This document shows positions 35,745 through 37,740 of a DNA stretch of 37,740 nucleotides, in pieces (within the stretch, counting starts at the first letter, position 1; every line of letters starts with the position of its first letter). Location: positions 1-37,740 of IMG/VR virus record IMGVR_UViG_3300008954_000127; one strand, given 5' to 3'. A program made the translations under genes and the position numbers. This stretch comes from a virus (taxonomy: Duplodnaviria; Caudoviricetes). The notes beneath the pieces were generated by a model. It was given only the letters and a program-made list of their open reading frames with translations. It ran no database searches and was not told the DNA's origin.

Positions 35745-36125
35745 TTATTTCTCCTCTGGGTTTTTTGGCCAGACGACAGCAAGGGGGAATCCCTCCTGTT
35801 GAGGTACGTCAAGTAAGGCCTGTCTATAAGTAGACCATCCAGTTTGCTCTTCAGCGGCCATGGCAGCCCATCGAAGTGGGTTTCCGACGACAGCATCTAG
35901 CTCCACTAAAAGGTTGTCCCTGTGTTTACGGACACGCTCCGTCATTATTCTAGGGTTCCTCTCAGGGTGCATCCAAGAACCGTCTGGTTGTTTCTCTGAC
36001 CCTACGTCACAGTCCATATCACTTTCATCTGAGGTCTCCCAGTCAGCACACCAGTCTGGTATGTTGTCAGGGTCTACTAGAATTTTGTTCAGGACAGCGC
36101 CGTCTTTTATTTCTAATTTAATCAT
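35745..36125 (-). CDS. Tail fibre assembly chaperone
   Basis: R..RD.LL...NPLRW...YRQALLDVPQQEGFP..VVWP. Confidence 0.85.
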   Translation of the reverse strand: MIKLEIKDGAVLNKILVDPDNIPDWCADWETSDESDMDCDVGSEKQPDGSWMHPERNPRIMTERVRKHRDNLLVELDAVVGNPLRWAAMAAEEQTGWSTYRQALLDVPQQEGFPLAVVWPKNPEEK

Positions 36126-36142
36126 TTTGCTGTTCCTTCGTA

Positions 36143-37740
36143 TTAAGCCGAGAAGACAGTAACTTGGACTTCACCGCGTCCACCTGCACCACTGGAGTCT
36201 GATGATTTAGCACCACCACCACCACCGCCGGGGACGGAACCAGCCGAAGCGTTTCCGCTCCAAGATCCTTTTCCACCGTCACCACCCATCACACTACGCC
36301 CCGCAGCATATACGTCACTGACCGTGCTGTCAGACAGACCGCCACCGCCGCCGCCCCAGAATACAGATTGCCCACGTGAAAATGAGCTACCGTAACCGCC
36401 TTGGCCGCCATGCCACAGACCAGCTGCGTCCTGTGGGCCTTCGGTATTGTTGGCAACGGATTCCCAGCCAGTGTTGTTCCAGTTCCGTACCATAGGTGCT
36501 CCCCGTATGGTAGAGGCACTTCCGTTGTAGGTGCCCCCATTACCCCCAGCAGCACCCGCCTTTGTTCCAAAGTAAGAGTTGCCGCCAGTGCCGCCAGTTC
36601 CAAGAGAGGACGATGTGGATGAACCTCCAGCGCCAACAGTAACACTCTCTGTAGAACTTAGGTCAGATAGTTCACCCCACCACTCTGCAAAGCCGCCGCC
36701 GTTGCCACCACCACCATCTCTACTCGTTGAGTCACAACCACCGCCACCTCCTGCGCCCCATAGGCGAACCCGTATTGGGCTGTCTGATGGAAGAGAGGGT
36801 TTAGTCCAAGTACCGGATGAGGTAAATGTTTGATCGTTTGCTATCCAAGCGCCACCAGCGTCCGCCCAAGAGAAAGTGCCGTCACCATCAGAGGTAAGGG
36901 CCTGCCCAGACGTACCATTACCTGATACGTTAAGTTCTGTTGCCCCGACCTTGTTGGAGCCGATCTGTGCGCTAATGGAAGTAGTACCAGAACCCGACAA
37001 GTCACCACTTAGTGTGATAGTTTGGTTGCCCGTTAAGAATGCTGAAGCGTGATTGCCATCCAATTTATCAGCATCTAGGCCAGAGCCAGAGCCGTCAACA
37101 GTTTTAATAGCCGTCAGGATTTCTGACGCTGACTGATCAGCCGTAGCCCCCGCCTCAATACCATCTAACTTAGTATGATCGGTGTCAGTAAAAGCGTTAG
37201 TGTTAGTGTTAGCCTCATAAGCTGTTTTGATTTCCGCTCCGGTTTGATCAGCGGTGGCCCCTGATTCAATGCCGTCCAGCTTGGTGCCATCTGAGGCCAC
37301 GTCCCGTCCGTCAACGGTTCCTGTGACAGTAATGTTTCCCGTTACGTCGGCACCATTGGAGAAGTCTACATTACCGAGGAAGGTTCCTCCGTTCGATTTT
37401 GACACCATATCTGCCGAGGTGAACGCCTTGAACGCAATAACATGCATCTCGTCCCCAGCCGTTGCTCCCGTGGTCAACACGATAGACGTACCGTTGGTTG
37501 CCGTATAGTCGGCTGTGGAGTCTAGGATAATACCGTTAAGAATAACCAAGAGGTTACCTGCGGTGTACGAGAGAGTGTTACCTTCTGAGTCACTCCCAGA
37601 AAATGTAGTCTGACTGGATGTCGCTGTGTAGAAGTACTCAAGGAGTGAAGCTGTTCCTGCCGATGACGCCGCAATCCAGACGGTCCCGTCATACGCCCTC
37701 ATCTCATTTTCGGAGGAGTTAAAATACAAAGCTCCTGCGA
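36143..37740 (-). CDS. Tail fibre protein with glycine-rich C-terminal domain (5' end outside window)
   Basis: Frame open to window edge (AGALYFN); KLDGIE.GATADQ repeats, FTSSGTWTKP, GAGGGGG. Confidence 0.88.
   Translation of the reverse strand, partial: AGALYFNSSENEMRAYDGTVWIAASSAGTASLLEYFYTATSSQTTFSGSDSEGNTLSYTAGNLLVILNGIILDSTADYTATNGTSIVLTTGATAGDEMHVIAFKAFTSADMVSKSNGGTFLGNVDFSNGADVTGNITVTGTVDGRDVASDGTKLDGIESGATADQTGAEIKTAYEANTNTNAFTDTDHTKLDGIEAGATADQSASEILTAIKTVDGSGSGLDADKLDGNHASAFLTGNQTITLSGDLSGSGTTSISAQIGSNKVGATELNVSGNGTSGQALTSDGDGTFSWADAGGAWIANDQTFTSSGTWTKPSLPSDSPIRVRLWGAGGGGGCDSTSRDGGGGNGGGFAEWWGELSDLSSTESVTVGAGGSSTSSSLGTGGTGGNSYFGTKAGAAGGNGGTYNGSASTIRGAPMVRNWNNTGWESVANNTEGPQDAAGLWHGGQGGYGSSFSRGQSVFWGGGGGGLSDSTVSDVYAAGRSVMGGDGGKGSWSGNASAGSVPGGGGGGAKSSDSSGAGGRGEVQVTVFSA

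Noticed and set aside
35186-36833. Alternative-frame and antisense ORFs within fibre genes
   Set aside because: By-products of low-complexity Gly-rich and collagen codons.

Overview
Most of a lytic podovirus genome of the SIO1/cobavirus type (Zobellviridae-like), probably infecting Alphaproteobacteria (Rhodobacteraceae). The assignment rests on gene content and order, not a database search. The window seems to begin at or near the left genome end and stops inside a tail-fibre gene. There are two convergent arms. The + arm (0.56-16.0 kb) carries small early genes, primase-helicase, a split family A DNA polymerase, SSB, ThyX, exo/endonucleases, class II RNR, glutaredoxin and PhoH. The - arm (16.1-37.7 kb) carries fibres, terminase, portal, capsid, tail, internal virion and lysis genes. 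The arms meet at a bidirectional terminator. No RNA polymerase, integrase or repressor is visible, and promoters are host sigma70-like. Main observations: (1) a dense cluster of alphaproteobacterial LexA (SOS) boxes, GAAC-N7-GAAC/GTTC-N7-GTTC, upstream of the early promoter, suggesting host-SOS gating of a repressor-less phage; (2) polA split in two by tandem HNH genes, one fused to a serine-recombinase DNA-binding module; (3) two unrelated endonucleases that both begin with a beta-clamp-binding motif (QLELF, QLDLF); (4) an atypical tRNA-Cys lying inside an open reading frame; (5) two unannotated membrane micropeptides followed by a predicted pseudoknot.
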